From positions 1 through 44,664 of the forward strand of contig CAZNFS010000004.1 of assembly GCA_964572695.1 (NCBI GenBank): a stretch of 44,664 bases of DNA. The letters run 5' to 3'. A program made the position numbers and the translations under genes. The DNA is from an uncultured Desulfobacteraceae bacterium. Lineage in GTDB: Bacteria; Desulfobacterota; Desulfobacteria; Desulfobacterales; CAZHA01. Of the stretch, positions 34,750-44,664 are shown piece by piece. How positions within the stretch are numbered: the stretch's first letter is position 1; each line of letters starts with the position of its first letter. The notes below the pieces were generated by a model that saw only the letters and a list, made by a program, of their open reading frames with translations, was not told the origin of the DNA and made no database searches.

Positions 34750-37662
34750 ATGGAAACAGACACCGATTCCAATGACATAATCGATCCGGAATATTGCGGA
34801 CAAATTCTCTCCGGCAGCTATTCAGATCCGCTCAAAAGACGCATTGCGGGATGTATCCGTTATTACCACGGATTTGAAGAAACCGGTAACCCGGCCATCC
34901 CGTATATCTCGGCCTGGCAGGAAGAAGAAAAGAACATGTGGTATGAATTTGCCGGTAAGCGATTTGTCCAGCTGATGGACTGCCCGCTTGAGGAACTGGC
35001 AGAGGTTTTCCGCAATAGTATCCGCGAGCGTCGGGTTTATAAGTATTTGGATGTCGATAGCGGAATAAAAACCGAAATACTGCGGCCGCAGGAGTTAAGC
35101 GGTGTCAGAAAGGGGCTGAGGGAAGAAGGCAAACAAAAGGGGATTGTCGAGGCCGTTTACAAAATTGCACTCCCCGGCGGTAATATCTTTTGGCTCAAGG
35201 ATCAAGCTACGGTGGAAGCCTATGAAAAGGATAAAACTTATATTTCAATCGGCTGTTTAACCATTGTGTCTAAAGAAATGAAGGCCGAAGAAGAACTTGT
35301 AAAAGCGCAGAAGGCCTTGCGTCGCTATGCCGAAGACTTGAAAGTTGCCAAGGACATACAGGAGGAAAATGCCGCTAAACTGGCCAAAGCCATCGAACAG
35401 CTTGAGGTCGCCAAAGAGGAAGCCGAAAAGGCCAACAATGCCAAAAGCGAATTTCTGGCGGTGATCAGCCACGAAATCCGTAATCCCATGAACAGTATCA
35501 TCGGCACCTGTGATCTGTCCATGCTCACGCATCTGGACCGCAAGCAGAAGGAATATCTGAATATTATCCGTTCTTCGGCCCGGTCTTTGCTGGGGTTGAT
35601 TAACGATATTCTCGATTTTTCCAAAATTGAAGCCGGCAAACTCGATTTTGAAAGCATCCCCTTTTCCCTGCGGGAGGTTATCGAAGAAGTTGCGGATATG
35701 TTCCTGGAGCTGATGTCAAAAAAAGATCTTGAAATGGTGGTTGATATTGCACCGGAGGTGCCTCGCCGGGTGATCGCGGATCCTTTGCGCCTGCGGCAGG
35801 TTCTGGTGAATCTGACCTCCAATGCGCTAAAATTCACCGCCCAGGGTGAGATTTGTATTTCGGTGCGCAATCGCCTTGTAAAAGGTGACTTGGCGGAGCT
35901 CCTTTTTTGTGTTCGGGACACGGGCATCGGTATCGCCCCCGAAAACTAAACCAAACTTTTCGATGTGTTTACCCAGGCCAACGGCTCGACCACTCGCAAA
36001 TTCGGAGGTACCGGTCTAGGGCTATCCATCTGCAAAAGAATCGTCGGCATGATGGGGGGAGATATCTGGGTTGAAAGCGAGGGCGGCGTCGGAAGCCTCT
36101 TTTATTTTACATCCAAATTTAAATTGGATTCCACCGCCATGATCGCCGAGCCGAAGGTTCCGGGGGGTCTTAACAATTTGAAGGTTCTTGTCATCGAGGA
36201 CAATCCTTCGACCTTGCGTGTGATGAATCAGCTGTTTGAATCTTTTCGGTTTCAAACCGAAATGGTTCAGAACGCGGGCGATGCGCTGTTGAAGTACGAA
36301 ACCGCGCTTACCAATAATCCTTACGACCTGATCTTTGTGGATATCGGTCTGCCGGACCTGGACGGAATCGTGCTTTCCCAAAAAATAAGGGCGCTAGGTT
36401 CGACCGTCGCCCCGCCCATCATCATTACCAGCACCTCCGGGCGTGAAAGCGAGATTCAACGTGCCAAAGCGGCCGGGATTGAAAGCTTTCTAATCAAGCC
36501 TGTAAAGGCATCCCTGCTTCTGGATACAATCCTTGAAATTTTTGGATATAAAACCGATGTGGCCGATGAAACCGAATCAGGGCTGGTCCGTCCCCATGAA
36601 TTTAGGCATGTGCAGATCCTTTTGGTTGAAGATAATCCCACCAATCAGCGGATTGCCTCGGAAATCCTGCAGCTGGCCGGGATTACTGTGGAAACGGCCG
36701 CCAACGGTGTCGAAGCCGTCCGGGCAGTCAAGAAAAAGGCCTATGACGGTATTTTGATGGATGTACAAATGCCGGAGATGGATGGGATCGAGGCGACCAA
36801 AATCATTCGCCGCGAATCTCAGGTACCGATCGTTGCCATGACCGCGCATGCCATGTCGGATGATCGCACCAAATGTCTGGATGCCGGGATGAACGATTAT
36901 GTGTTAAAACCGATTGACCGAAAGGAGCTTTTTGCCGCGCTGCGGAAAAATATTTCCGAACTTAAAGCCCAGCCTGAGCAGGAGAGCGCGGCTCCCCCGG
37001 AACCGGAAGACAGCGCGGAAGGCTTCGAGAATATCAGCGATGATGCATTTCCCGGGCTGCAGATTCGCGAAGGCTTGGCCCGAATCGGCGGTGCTGAAAA
37101 TCTGTATTTGGATATTTTGGAAGATTTTTGTAAAGATAAAAAAGAATTCGGCCCTAAGTTGCGCGTCATCATTGCCAAAGGAGATTATCACACCGCCCGG
37201 ATTCAGGCCCATGCCCTAAAGGGTGCGGCCGGAAACATCTCAGCCATGGAATTGGAAAAAGCCGCCAAGGCTTTGGAGAATGCATGCCAAAGTGAAATAG
37301 AAGAAGACATGCTTCAGCGCCTGCCCCAGGTGGAAGATACGCTGGATCAGGTTGTGGCATCGGTTCAAAAAATGTCGGCCATGTTAAAACCGGAAAAAGG
37401 CCCGCAACCGGCACCCATGCCCCCCCCCAAACCGATAGCAGACAAATCGGTCATACTCAAAAGTCTGCAAAACCTTGAAACCGGTCTTAAAGTTTATGAT
37501 CCGGTGGAATCTGCAAAATATTTGAAAGCGGTTCGAAAAAGCTTGATCGCCGAAGGTTTGGAACCCGAAACCATTAATCTGGCCACTCAGATCCGCAATT
37601 ATCGCTTTGATGACGCCGGGGAAACACTGGCACGGATTTATCGTAAACTTAAGTGGAGCTAG
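34750..37662 (+). pseudogene. Hybrid sensor kinase (sensor-HisKA-HATPase-REC-REC-Hpt) interrupted by an in-frame TAA at 35947-35949
   Basis: ORFs 34750-35949 and 35965-37662 are in the same frame. Read-through gives '[35 protein letters not shown]'. H-box 'SHEIRNPM', two REC domains, Hpt 'AHALKG'. Confidence 0.85.
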
Positions 37663-38711
37663 ACAACGTTATGAATCAACTTAGCAACTGTACCATCCTT
37701 TTAGTGGATGACTCCAAAACCAATATTGATGTGCTTGTCCAGGCGTTGAAAAACGATTACAAGCTGGGAGTGGCCCTGGAGGGCGAGAAAGCCATCGAAT
37801 ATGCCCATATCAACTCCCCGGATTTGATCCTCCTCGATATCCTGATGCCGGGCATGGACGGCTTTGAAGTCTGCCAGGAAATTAAAAAAAATCCCGATAC
37901 CAAAGATATTCCCATTATATTTATTACGGCAGTCGATGATACCGGGCACAAAACCAAAGGATTTGAATACGGTGCGGTGGATTATATCACCAAGCCTTTC
38001 GACATCACGGAAGTCAAAGCGCGCGTAAAAACACATCTCACCTTAAAAATCGCCCAGGCGGCGCTCATCAATCAAAATGCGATTCTTGAAGAAAAGGTTT
38101 TGGAGCGAACCCTCGAGCTCAAAAAAACCCAAATCGAGATCATTGATCGCCTGGGGATGGCTGCTGAATATCGGGATAAGGAAACGGGAAAGCATATTAA
38201 GCGCATGAGTAAATATTGTCGCGCCCTGGGCCAAGCTCTGGACATGTCAAAGGCCGAGTACGACATCTTGGGTCTGGCCAGCACCATGCACGATTTGGGT
38301 AAGATCGGAATTTCCGACACCATCCTGTTAAAGCGGGGGAGTTTGGACCCTCAAGAGCGAAAATCCATGATGACACACACCGAAATCGGTGCCCGATTGC
38401 TGTCTGGAAGTAATTCAAAGCTTTTGGAAATTGCCAAAGTCATCGCCAAAACCCATCACGAGAAATGGGATGGAACCGGATATGATGACCACCTGCAAGG
38501 TGATAAGATCCCCCTTTTCGGAAGAATCGTCTGTATCTGTGATGTGTTTGATGCTTTAATCTCGGAACGGCCGTACAAGAAAGCCTGGAGTTTTGATGAC
38601 GCGCTCAACGAGATCGATTCCGGCATCGGCACATTTTTTGATCCCGAACTCGCAACGCTTTTTTTAAGCCTGAAGTCGGAAATAAGAAGGATTATGGAAA
38701 AATACAAATGA
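37653..38711 (+). CDS. Response regulator with HD-GYP phosphodiesterase domain (RpfG-like)
   Basis: REC 'LVDD...LLDILMPGMDG', 'ETGKHIKRM', 'HDLGKIG', 'HHEKWDGTGY', 'DVFDAL...RPYK'. Start may be ATG 37671. Confidence 0.93.
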   Translation: MELDNVMNQLSNCTILLVDDSKTNIDVLVQALKNDYKLGVALEGEKAIEYAHINSPDLILLDILMPGMDGFEVCQEIKKNPDTKDIPIIFITAVDDTGHKTKGFEYGAVDYITKPFDITEVKARVKTHLTLKIAQAALINQNAILEEKVLERTLELKKTQIEIIDRLGMAAEYRDKETGKHIKRMSKYCRALGQALDMSKAEYDILGLASTMHDLGKIGISDTILLKRGSLDPQERKSMMTHTEIGARLLSGSNSKLLEIAKVIAKTHHEKWDGTGYDDHLQGDKIPLFGRIVCICDVFDALISERPYKKAWSFDDALNEIDSGIGTFFDPELATLFLSLKSEIRRIMEKYK

Positions 38712-38742
38712 GCCGCTGTTCACAGTTTAAAAAGCGAGGCCG

Positions 38743-40395
38743 CTATCCGACAAAAGGTCGTCTCACAAGGGTATCTTTTAGCCAGCGATTATCGTCGCGA
38801 TGGAGATGTTCAATGTTGTAATGCAGTCCCCGGCTCTCTTTTCGGTTTTGAGCGCAGCGAATAATGAGTTCGGACACGGTCGCGATATTGCGAAGTTCCA
38901 CTAAATCAACCTCAAGTTTAAAATTCCAGTAATACTCCTGAATTTCTTTCTGAATGATTTCAATCCGGCGTTGAGCCCTGGCCAGCCGCTTGTTTGACCT
39001 GACAATACCGACATAATTCCACATCAAACGCCGGATTTCATCCCAATTTTGAGAAACCATGATCCGCTCATCACTATCGGTTGAGCCGAAGTCATCCCAG
39101 GGCGGAATAGACGGCCCCTTGTTTCCATCAAAGGCTCGGAAATCGCAAAGCGCCTGTTGGGCAGCGTTGTGGGCATATACAAGGGCTTCGAGCAGGGAGT
39201 TGCTGGCGAGACGATTGGCGCCGTGCAATCCTGTGCAGGCGCTTTCCCCAACGGCATACAGACGTTTAATATCCGTTCTCCCGAATTTGTCAGTGGCCAC
39301 ACCTCCACACAAATAGTGGGCCGCCGGTACGACCGGAATCGGATCGACCGTCATGTCCACCCCCAGGGAAAGACACCTGGCAAACAGGTTGGGAAATCGC
39401 TTTTTGATCCGGTCTGCAGGGCGATGGGAAATGTCTAGAAAGACGGAATCGGCGCCGCTTTTTTTTAGTTCCGTGTCGATGGCGCGCGCGACCACATCAC
39501 GGCAGGCAAGATCCTTTTGAGGGTCATATCTCTCCATGAAAGGATGGCCGCCGCCATCTACCAAAATTCCCCCTTCGCCCCTTACGGCTTCCGAAATTAA
39601 AAAATTTTTGGCCTCGGGGTGATACAGACATGTGGGATGAAATTGGACAAATTCGAGATTGGCCACCGTGGCCCCCGCGCGATAGGCCATGGCTATTCCA
39701 TCTCCGGTCGCGATATCGGGATTGCTGGTGTAAAGATAAACTTTGCCTGCGCCACCGGTTGCAAGGAGTGTAATTTGGGCCTGGAAGGTTTTGATCTGCC
39801 TGGTCTGACTATCCAGGACATATGCGCCACAGCAAAAGTCTTCATGTGTTGTGGTAATAAGGCCTCTTTTCAGATGGGTGGAATGGGTGATCAGATCGAT
39901 TGCGATATGGTTTTCAAACAGACGGATTTGAGGGTGATTTTTTACACGCGCCAGCAATACGCCTTCCACCTCCCGACCGGTCATATCCTGGGCATGGACA
40001 ATCCTTTTTTGAGAATGCCCGCCTTCCTGCCCCAAATCAAAGGAGGGTTCAACCGGCGGCGCTTCAGGAGCGGTTTTTACCGCAGGCGTCAAATTGAAAC
40101 ATGCGCCCAGGCACGCCAGTTCACGGATTCTGGCCGGCCCGTCTTTAACCACCATTTCGACCACATCCCGATGACAGAGTCCATCCCCGGCAGCGAGCGT
40201 GTCCTGGATATGCTGATCAAACGAGTCCAGTTCCCCAAAGACAGAAGCAATGCCTCCCTGGGCCAGGTTGGTGTTGCTATCGGCGGCATCTTTTTTGGTG
40301 GCAAGGGCGACAGTTCCAAAATCCGCCGCTTTGAGAGCAAAAGAGAGACCTGCGATACCGCTGCCGATGATGAGAAAATCAGTTTTAATTTGCAT
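38743..40395 (-). CDS. nadB: L-aspartate oxidase
   Basis: 'IGSGIAGL', 'AQGGIA', 'EGGHS', 'QFHPT', 'SEAVRGEG', 'HGANRLASNSLLE', 'ESRGLH'. Confidence 0.96.
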   Translation of the reverse strand: MQIKTDFLIIGSGIAGLSFALKAADFGTVALATKKDAADSNTNLAQGGIASVFGELDSFDQHIQDTLAAGDGLCHRDVVEMVVKDGPARIRELACLGACFNLTPAVKTAPEAPPVEPSFDLGQEGGHSQKRIVHAQDMTGREVEGVLLARVKNHPQIRLFENHIAIDLITHSTHLKRGLITTTHEDFCCGAYVLDSQTRQIKTFQAQITLLATGGAGKVYLYTSNPDIATGDGIAMAYRAGATVANLEFVQFHPTCLYHPEAKNFLISEAVRGEGGILVDGGGHPFMERYDPQKDLACRDVVARAIDTELKKSGADSVFLDISHRPADRIKKRFPNLFARCLSLGVDMTVDPIPVVPAAHYLCGGVATDKFGRTDIKRLYAVGESACTGLHGANRLASNSLLEALVYAHNAAQQALCDFRAFDGNKGPSIPPWDDFGSTDSDERIMVSQNWDEIRRLMWNYVGIVRSNKRLARAQRRIEIIQKEIQEYYWNFKLEVDLVELRNIATVSELIIRCAQNRKESRGLHYNIEHLHRDDNRWLKDTLVRRPFVG

Positions 40396-40401
40396 TTGGC
40401 T

Positions 40402-41082
40402 TTATAGCAGGGAAGATTTCCGGCGTGATCTGGCGCTGAGTCCGATGAGAAATCCGAAAACGAGAACTCCGGCACCACTTAAAAACCATTTGACATCGTT
40501 TTTAAACTCGATTTTTTCAAGTGCTTTTTGATATTTTTCGGCCTTCTTCCTGGCTTCTGAAAACTGAGCCACGGTTTTCTCATAATTTGTTTTCAATTGA
40601 AGGTAACCGGCCGATTCTCTTTTAAGATCCCCGTAGGACGTGCTGGCCTGGGCCAGTTTCTGTTCGGCGTTTTCAAGCGCTGTGATCCGATTTTGGGATT
40701 GCTTCTTTAATCGTTCAATTTCAGCGCGCAGTTTTTTGTTTTCGTCCGACATCGAAGTCGCCTGCTCCTGGAGGGTTTGCTGACTGGCCTTTAGACGGTT
40801 TACTAAATAACCGCTCGGCTGTTTGGCGGTAACATAGCGTGAAAGGACCCATCCGGTAGTTCCATTGGCAATCTTTACCCGGGTCCATTCATTATCGACT
40901 TTGAGAATTTCCAGTTTCTGCCCCGACGGAATCTTGGTAATTACTTTGTGTTTGAGACCGGGCGCTTCCCGAAGGGTGACATAAATAATTTCACGCACGT
41001 ACTTGGTCTCAGCTGCCACCGATCCGCAAAGTAGAAACAGGCAATTGACGCATAATAATAATTTAACGATGCTCAGCTTCAT
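40402..41082 (-). CDS. SH3-domain exported protein with coiled coil and C-terminal TM (YgiM/TIGR04211-like)
   Basis: Signal peptide, 'VTLREAPG', 'GWVLSRYV', C-terminal 'WFLSGAGVLVFGFLIG' followed by a basic tail. Confidence 0.85.
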   Translation of the reverse strand: MKLSIVKLLLCVNCLFLLCGSVAAETKYVREIIYVTLREAPGLKHKVITKIPSGQKLEILKVDNEWTRVKIANGTTGWVLSRYVTAKQPSGYLVNRLKASQQTLQEQATSMSDENKKLRAEIERLKKQSQNRITALENAEQKLAQASTSYGDLKRESAGYLQLKTNYEKTVAQFSEARKKAEKYQKALEKIEFKNDVKWFLSGAGVLVFGFLIGLSARSRRKSSLL

Positions 41083-41234
41083 GGACCTTGCCCCCTTTGG
41101 GGTTAATGGTTATAGTGATTGACGAAAAAAGCTTGAGCTAAAAATAATTTGACGAATATAGAAATATAATATATTTGAGCTAAAATCACAATCTGTCAAT
41201 AAAAATTTACTTTTTCTTAATACACCGGGATGAG

Positions 41235-41663
41235 ATGATAGCCTACGATTTACAATGTTCAAAAGGGCATACGTTTGAGGGCTGGTTTGAGGATGAGAAG
41301 GCTTACAAAAATCAAAGATCCAGCGGACTTCTTACCTGCCCTGTCTGCAACGACACCGAAGTGTTAAAAATCCCTTCGACATTTGCAATAAAAGCGCCTC
41401 CTGCCACAGGTGACCAGATTTTACGTAGCCGCCAATTGGAGAAAATCAGCCAAAAGGTTGCCAATTATGTCGTCAATAATTTTGATAACGTGGGTTGTGA
41501 TTTCGCCAAGGAGGCGTTGAAAATTCATTACGGTGTTTCAGAACCGAGAAATATCCGTGGAATGAGTACCGAAGATGAAGAGAAAACAATGAAGGAAGAG
41601 GGAATTCAATTTTTTAAGATCCCTTTGCCGGAGACCCCGGAGACCCCGGAGACCGATTCATAA
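41235..41663 (+). CDS. DUF1178 family protein
   Basis: 'MIAYDLQCSKGHTFEGWF', 'CPVC', 'FAKEALKIHYG', 'RNIRG', 'EEGI'. Confidence 0.9.
   Translation: MIAYDLQCSKGHTFEGWFEDEKAYKNQRSSGLLTCPVCNDTEVLKIPSTFAIKAPPATGDQILRSRQLEKISQKVANYVVNNFDNVGCDFAKEALKIHYGVSEPRNIRGMSTEDEEKTMKEEGIQFFKIPLPETPETPETDS
41628..41654 (+). repeat. 9-bp tandem repeat (CCGGAGACC)x3 encoding PET-PET-PET
   Basis: Read directly. Confidence 0.9.
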
Positions 41664-42254
41664 TTATTCACTCAGCCCGTCCCCTTTTCCCGCTGCCGTC
41701 AAAATCCAGTTAACGGCTTCCGCTAAATCCCTGGCTATGAAGTCCGGGCGGATATCTCGAGCGGCCAATATTTCAGCCGCATCGGGGCCAAGGCCGCTTT
41801 GCACCAGGATTGCACCACCGCAACCCGCATTTCGAGCACATTCGATATCCTTGGCATTATCTCCCACCATAAACGATTGGGGCAGATCGATCCGATATTT
41901 TGATTGCGCCTGGTGAATCAATCCCGCTTTGGGCTTACGGCAGGCACACCTTTCATCCGGCCTGTGGGGACAGAAAAAGATATCCTGGATATGACCATCC
42001 CGACGCCTTAAGGCCGCTTTCATGTGCGTGTGAATCGTTTGCAGTTCCGTATCAGAAATTAAACGACGGTTAACGGCCGATTGATTGGTGATCAATATCG
42101 TCGCAAAACCATTCACAGTAAGATTGCGTATGGCTTCGATGCTGCCCGGCAAAAACTCAAACTCACTCCAGCTTTTGACATAATCCGGCGAATCGCGATT
42201 AATGACGCCGTCACGGTCCAGGAAAGCCACCTTTGGTAGAGCTGTTTCAGGCAT
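41664..42254 (-). CDS. gmhB: D-glycero-D-manno-heptose 1,7-bisphosphate phosphatase (HAD)
   Basis: 'FLDRDGVIN', 'TNQS', 'CPH...CACRKPK', 'MVGD'. Confidence 0.88.
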   Translation of the reverse strand: MPETALPKVAFLDRDGVINRDSPDYVKSWSEFEFLPGSIEAIRNLTVNGFATILITNQSAVNRRLISDTELQTIHTHMKAALRRRDGHIQDIFFCPHRPDERCACRKPKAGLIHQAQSKYRIDLPQSFMVGDNAKDIECARNAGCGGAILVQSGLGPDAAEILAARDIRPDFIARDLAEAVNWILTAAGKGDGLSE

Positions 42255-42257
42255 CGG

Positions 42258-43028
42258 TTACTCGGCAACGACAAAAGCGCCCGGAAAGCCTTCTTTGATA
42301 AGGTATCTTTCATATTCGAGCGCTTTGGAAAGTGTGGCGCATCTACCCACGCGGACGCGGTAAAGCATTTTACCGCCTGTGTCGAGGTCGGTGATATGGG
42401 CATGTTTATAGGTGCGATCGAGCTTTTCCCGCAGCCGCACCGCATTCTTACGGTCTGAGAAGGCGCCAACCTGGATTGTGAAATTACCGGAGAAGTAATC
42501 GGTCGGGATATAGGACCGTCCCTTTTTTGTCGTGGATGCCGGGCCGGCCGCGGCTCCTAGAGCCACGACTTCTACTGGCGCGGTTCCGGGCCCCACCAGG
42601 GCGATTTTTTTGGCTGCTGCAAAAGAAAGATCGATGATACGGCCGCGCACAAACGGCCCCCGGTCATTGATGCGCACCTCGACTTCACGTTTGTTTTTTA
42701 AATTGCGAACCTTCACATACGTTTCAAAGGGAAGTGTTTTGTGGGCGGCCGTGAGGGCGTGCATATTGTAGATTTCGCCGTTGGCTGCTTTTTTACCATG
42801 GAAATCCTTGCCGTACCAGGAAGCGAGCCCGCGCTGTACAAAATTTTTGGCATGTGGCAGGGGTTGGTACCACTGGGATCCAATCCGATAGGGACGGGGA
42901 TACCCCTTCTTCTTGGGGGCTTTCGTGGGTTTAGGTTGCGCACAGGCGGATAAAAGCAGAATAGCGATGCTGCTTCCGATCAGAAACCGGAATACGATCC
43001 TACAAATGCCTGGCTCCATTCGGGTCAT
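42258..43028 (-). CDS. rlpA: Septal ring lytic transglycosylase RlpA family lipoprotein with SPOR domain
   Basis: Lipobox 'LSAC', 'GLASWYG', 'TAAHKTLP', 'INDRGPF', 'IIDLS', SPOR 'IQVGAF'. Confidence 0.93.
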   Translation of the reverse strand: MTRMEPGICRIVFRFLIGSSIAILLLSACAQPKPTKAPKKKGYPRPYRIGSQWYQPLPHAKNFVQRGLASWYGKDFHGKKAANGEIYNMHALTAAHKTLPFETYVKVRNLKNKREVEVRINDRGPFVRGRIIDLSFAAAKKIALVGPGTAPVEVVALGAAAGPASTTKKGRSYIPTDYFSGNFTIQVGAFSDRKNAVRLREKLDRTYKHAHITDLDTGGKMLYRVRVGRCATLSKALEYERYLIKEGFPGAFVVAE

Positions 43029-43055
43029 GGCGGAATTAAGTCGATAAGGCGTTTA

Positions 43056-44664
43056 TCATGGGTCATCAGTAAGTGCGATTCGAAGCACATCCATCATTTT
43101 ATCCGCAAAATGGAATTTGATATCCTTTTGAACTTTTTTGGGAATATCTTGTAGATCTTTCTCATTCCATTTGGGTAAGATAAGTGTTTTAATCCCGGCC
43201 CGGTGGGCGGCCAAAACCTTTTCCTTGATTCCTCCCACCGGTAGAACCTGGCCCCTTAAGGTGATTTCACCGGTCATCGCAAGATCTCGGCGGATTTTTT
43301 TGTTTGTTAGAAGCGAGGTCAGGGCCGTAAGCATGGTCACACCGGCCGAAGGGCCGTCTTTGGGAATTGCCCCTGCCGGCACATGAATGTGGAGATCATG
43401 CGTTTCAAAAAAGTCGTCGGCAATCTTAAGTGTGTCGGCATTGGTCCTCACAAAACTGAGGGCCGCCGTGGCCGATTCTTTCATGACATCCCCCAGTTGT
43501 CCCGTGAGCGTCAGTCCTTTCGTCCCTCGCATAGCAGTGGCTTCGATAAAGAGAATTTCACCCCCGGCGGGTGTCCAGGCTAATCCCATGGCAACACCGG
43601 GCGTGGAGATCCGAGCTCTGGCTTCTCTGGTGATCTTTACCGGGCCTAGATATTTGGCTATATTGACGACTTTGATAGCCAGCGATTGGGTGGTTCTTTC
43701 GGCGATTTGGGTTGCCACAGCGCGGCAAATGGTGGCAATTTCCCGTTCCAGATTCCGTAATCCCGCCTCGCGCGTATAGCCGGATATCATATGCTTCACC
43801 GCACCTTCGGTGAAAGAAATCTGATCCGCCTTCAGGCCATGCGCCCTGCGCTGCCGGGGGATAAGATAACGATTGGCAATTTTAATTTTTTCGTCCTCGG
43901 TATACCCCAAGAGTTCCAGAACTTCCATACGGTCCCTTAACGCAGGAGGAATGGTATCCAGAATATTGGCCGTGGTAATAAACATGACCTTGGAAAGATC
44001 AAAAGGCACATCCAAATAATGATCGCTGAAAGAAAAATTCTGCTCGGGATCGAGAACTTCGAGCAAAGCAGATGACGGATCTCCACGGAAATCACTCCCG
44101 ACTTTATCGATTTCATCGAGCATAAACACCGGATTGTTGGATCCGGCCCGCCGAAGCCCCTTGATGATTCTGCCGGGCAGGGCGCCGACATATGTCCGCC
44201 GGTGTCCTCTGATTTCAGCTTCATCCCGTACACCGCCCAAAGAGATGCGAATGAATTCGCGACCCAGGGCACCGGCGATGGAATGGCCTAAGGAGGTTTT
44301 GCCGGTACCCGGGGGGCCGGCAAAACATAAGATCGGCCCCTTTGACTCGGGCTTTAGTTTGCGAACCGCCAGGTACTCGATAATCCGCCGTTTGGGCTTT
44401 TCGAGACCGTAATGGTCTTCATCGAGAACTTTGCGGGCCTTCTTGATATTGAGATTGTCCTTAGTGCTTTTGTTCCAGGGAAGCGACGTCATCCAGTCCA
44501 GAAAGGTGGAAGCCACCGTGTATTCGGCCGAAGACGGGTGCATTTTGGAAAGCCGGTCAAGCTCCCGCGAGGCTTCTTTTTGGGCTTCTTCAGGGAGACC
44601 GGCGGCCTCGATCTTGGTTTTATACTCCTCTAATTCCACATTGGTTTCATCGGTTTCGCCCAGC
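43056..44664 (-). CDS. lon: ATP-dependent Lon protease (3' part; 5' end outside window)
   Basis: Walker A 'GPPGTGKTS', 'LDEIDK', '[12 protein letters not shown]', catalytic 'PKDGPSAG', 'VGGIKEK'. The frame stays open to the window end. Confidence 0.97.
   Translation of the reverse strand, partial: LGETDETNVELEEYKTKIEAAGLPEEAQKEASRELDRLSKMHPSSAEYTVASTFLDWMTSLPWNKSTKDNLNIKKARKVLDEDHYGLEKPKRRIIEYLAVRKLKPESKGPILCFAGPPGTGKTSLGHSIAGALGREFIRISLGGVRDEAEIRGHRRTYVGALPGRIIKGLRRAGSNNPVFMLDEIDKVGSDFRGDPSSALLEVLDPEQNFSFSDHYLDVPFDLSKVMFITTANILDTIPPALRDRMEVLELLGYTEDEKIKIANRYLIPRQRRAHGLKADQISFTEGAVKHMISGYTREAGLRNLEREIATICRAVATQIAERTTQSLAIKVVNIAKYLGPVKITREARARISTPGVAMGLAWTPAGGEILFIEATAMRGTKGLTLTGQLGDVMKESATAALSFVRTNADTLKIADDFFETHDLHIHVPAGAIPKDGPSAGVTMLTALTSLLTNKKIRRDLAMTGEITLRGQVLPVGGIKEKVLAAHRAGIKTLILPKWNEKDLQDIPKKVQKDIKFHFADKMMDVLRIALTDDP

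Noticed and set aside
35947-35949. Selenocysteine or pyrrolysine recoding of the kinase internal stop
   Set aside because: The codon is TAA, not TGA or TAG. TAA is used as a normal stop in many genes of this window, so there is no sign of an alternative genetic code.
276-44633. Numerous overlapping or antisense ORFs in the track (e.g. 9015-9692, 10147-10851, 13903-14562, 39619-40407)
   Set aside because: They are shadows of well-supported genes and have no recognisable motifs.

Overview
A 44.7-kb, densely coding bacterial chromosomal window. Gene content and order (holB-PSP1-metG, ftsEX-envC-ctpA-divergent deacetylase, IHF, HD-GYP, PilZ, OFOR) suggest an anaerobic Desulfobacterota/Desulfobacterales-like organism; this is inference. 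Housekeeping genes (metG, holB, dnaJ, queD, pyrE, nadB, gmhB, rlpA, lon) flank an accessory, metabolic and signalling region. The most notable observations are as follows. (1) A tight operon encodes a cytoplasmic acetylene-hydratase-like Mo/W-bisPGD enzyme with an atypical C-x3-D-x3-C-x27-C Fe-S motif, plus a 2-oxoacid:ferredoxin oxidoreductase alpha subunit and a fused beta-gamma subunit. (2) A membrane class III cyclase with guanylate-cyclase-type residues follows that operon. (3) A GlyA paralogue carries 2-methylserine-hydroxymethyltransferase-like active-site substitutions. (4) An arsR-arsP pair has two identical palindromic operators. (5) A hybrid histidine kinase is interrupted by one in-frame TAA. 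(6) There is a ~170-bp MITE-like hairpin element, a candidate sRNA, a probably leaderless kinase with a Cys-rich insert, and a TolC gene translationally coupled to ftsE. No rRNA, tRNA, CRISPR array, transposase or prophage was recognised. All calls come from motif reading by eye; no searches were run.
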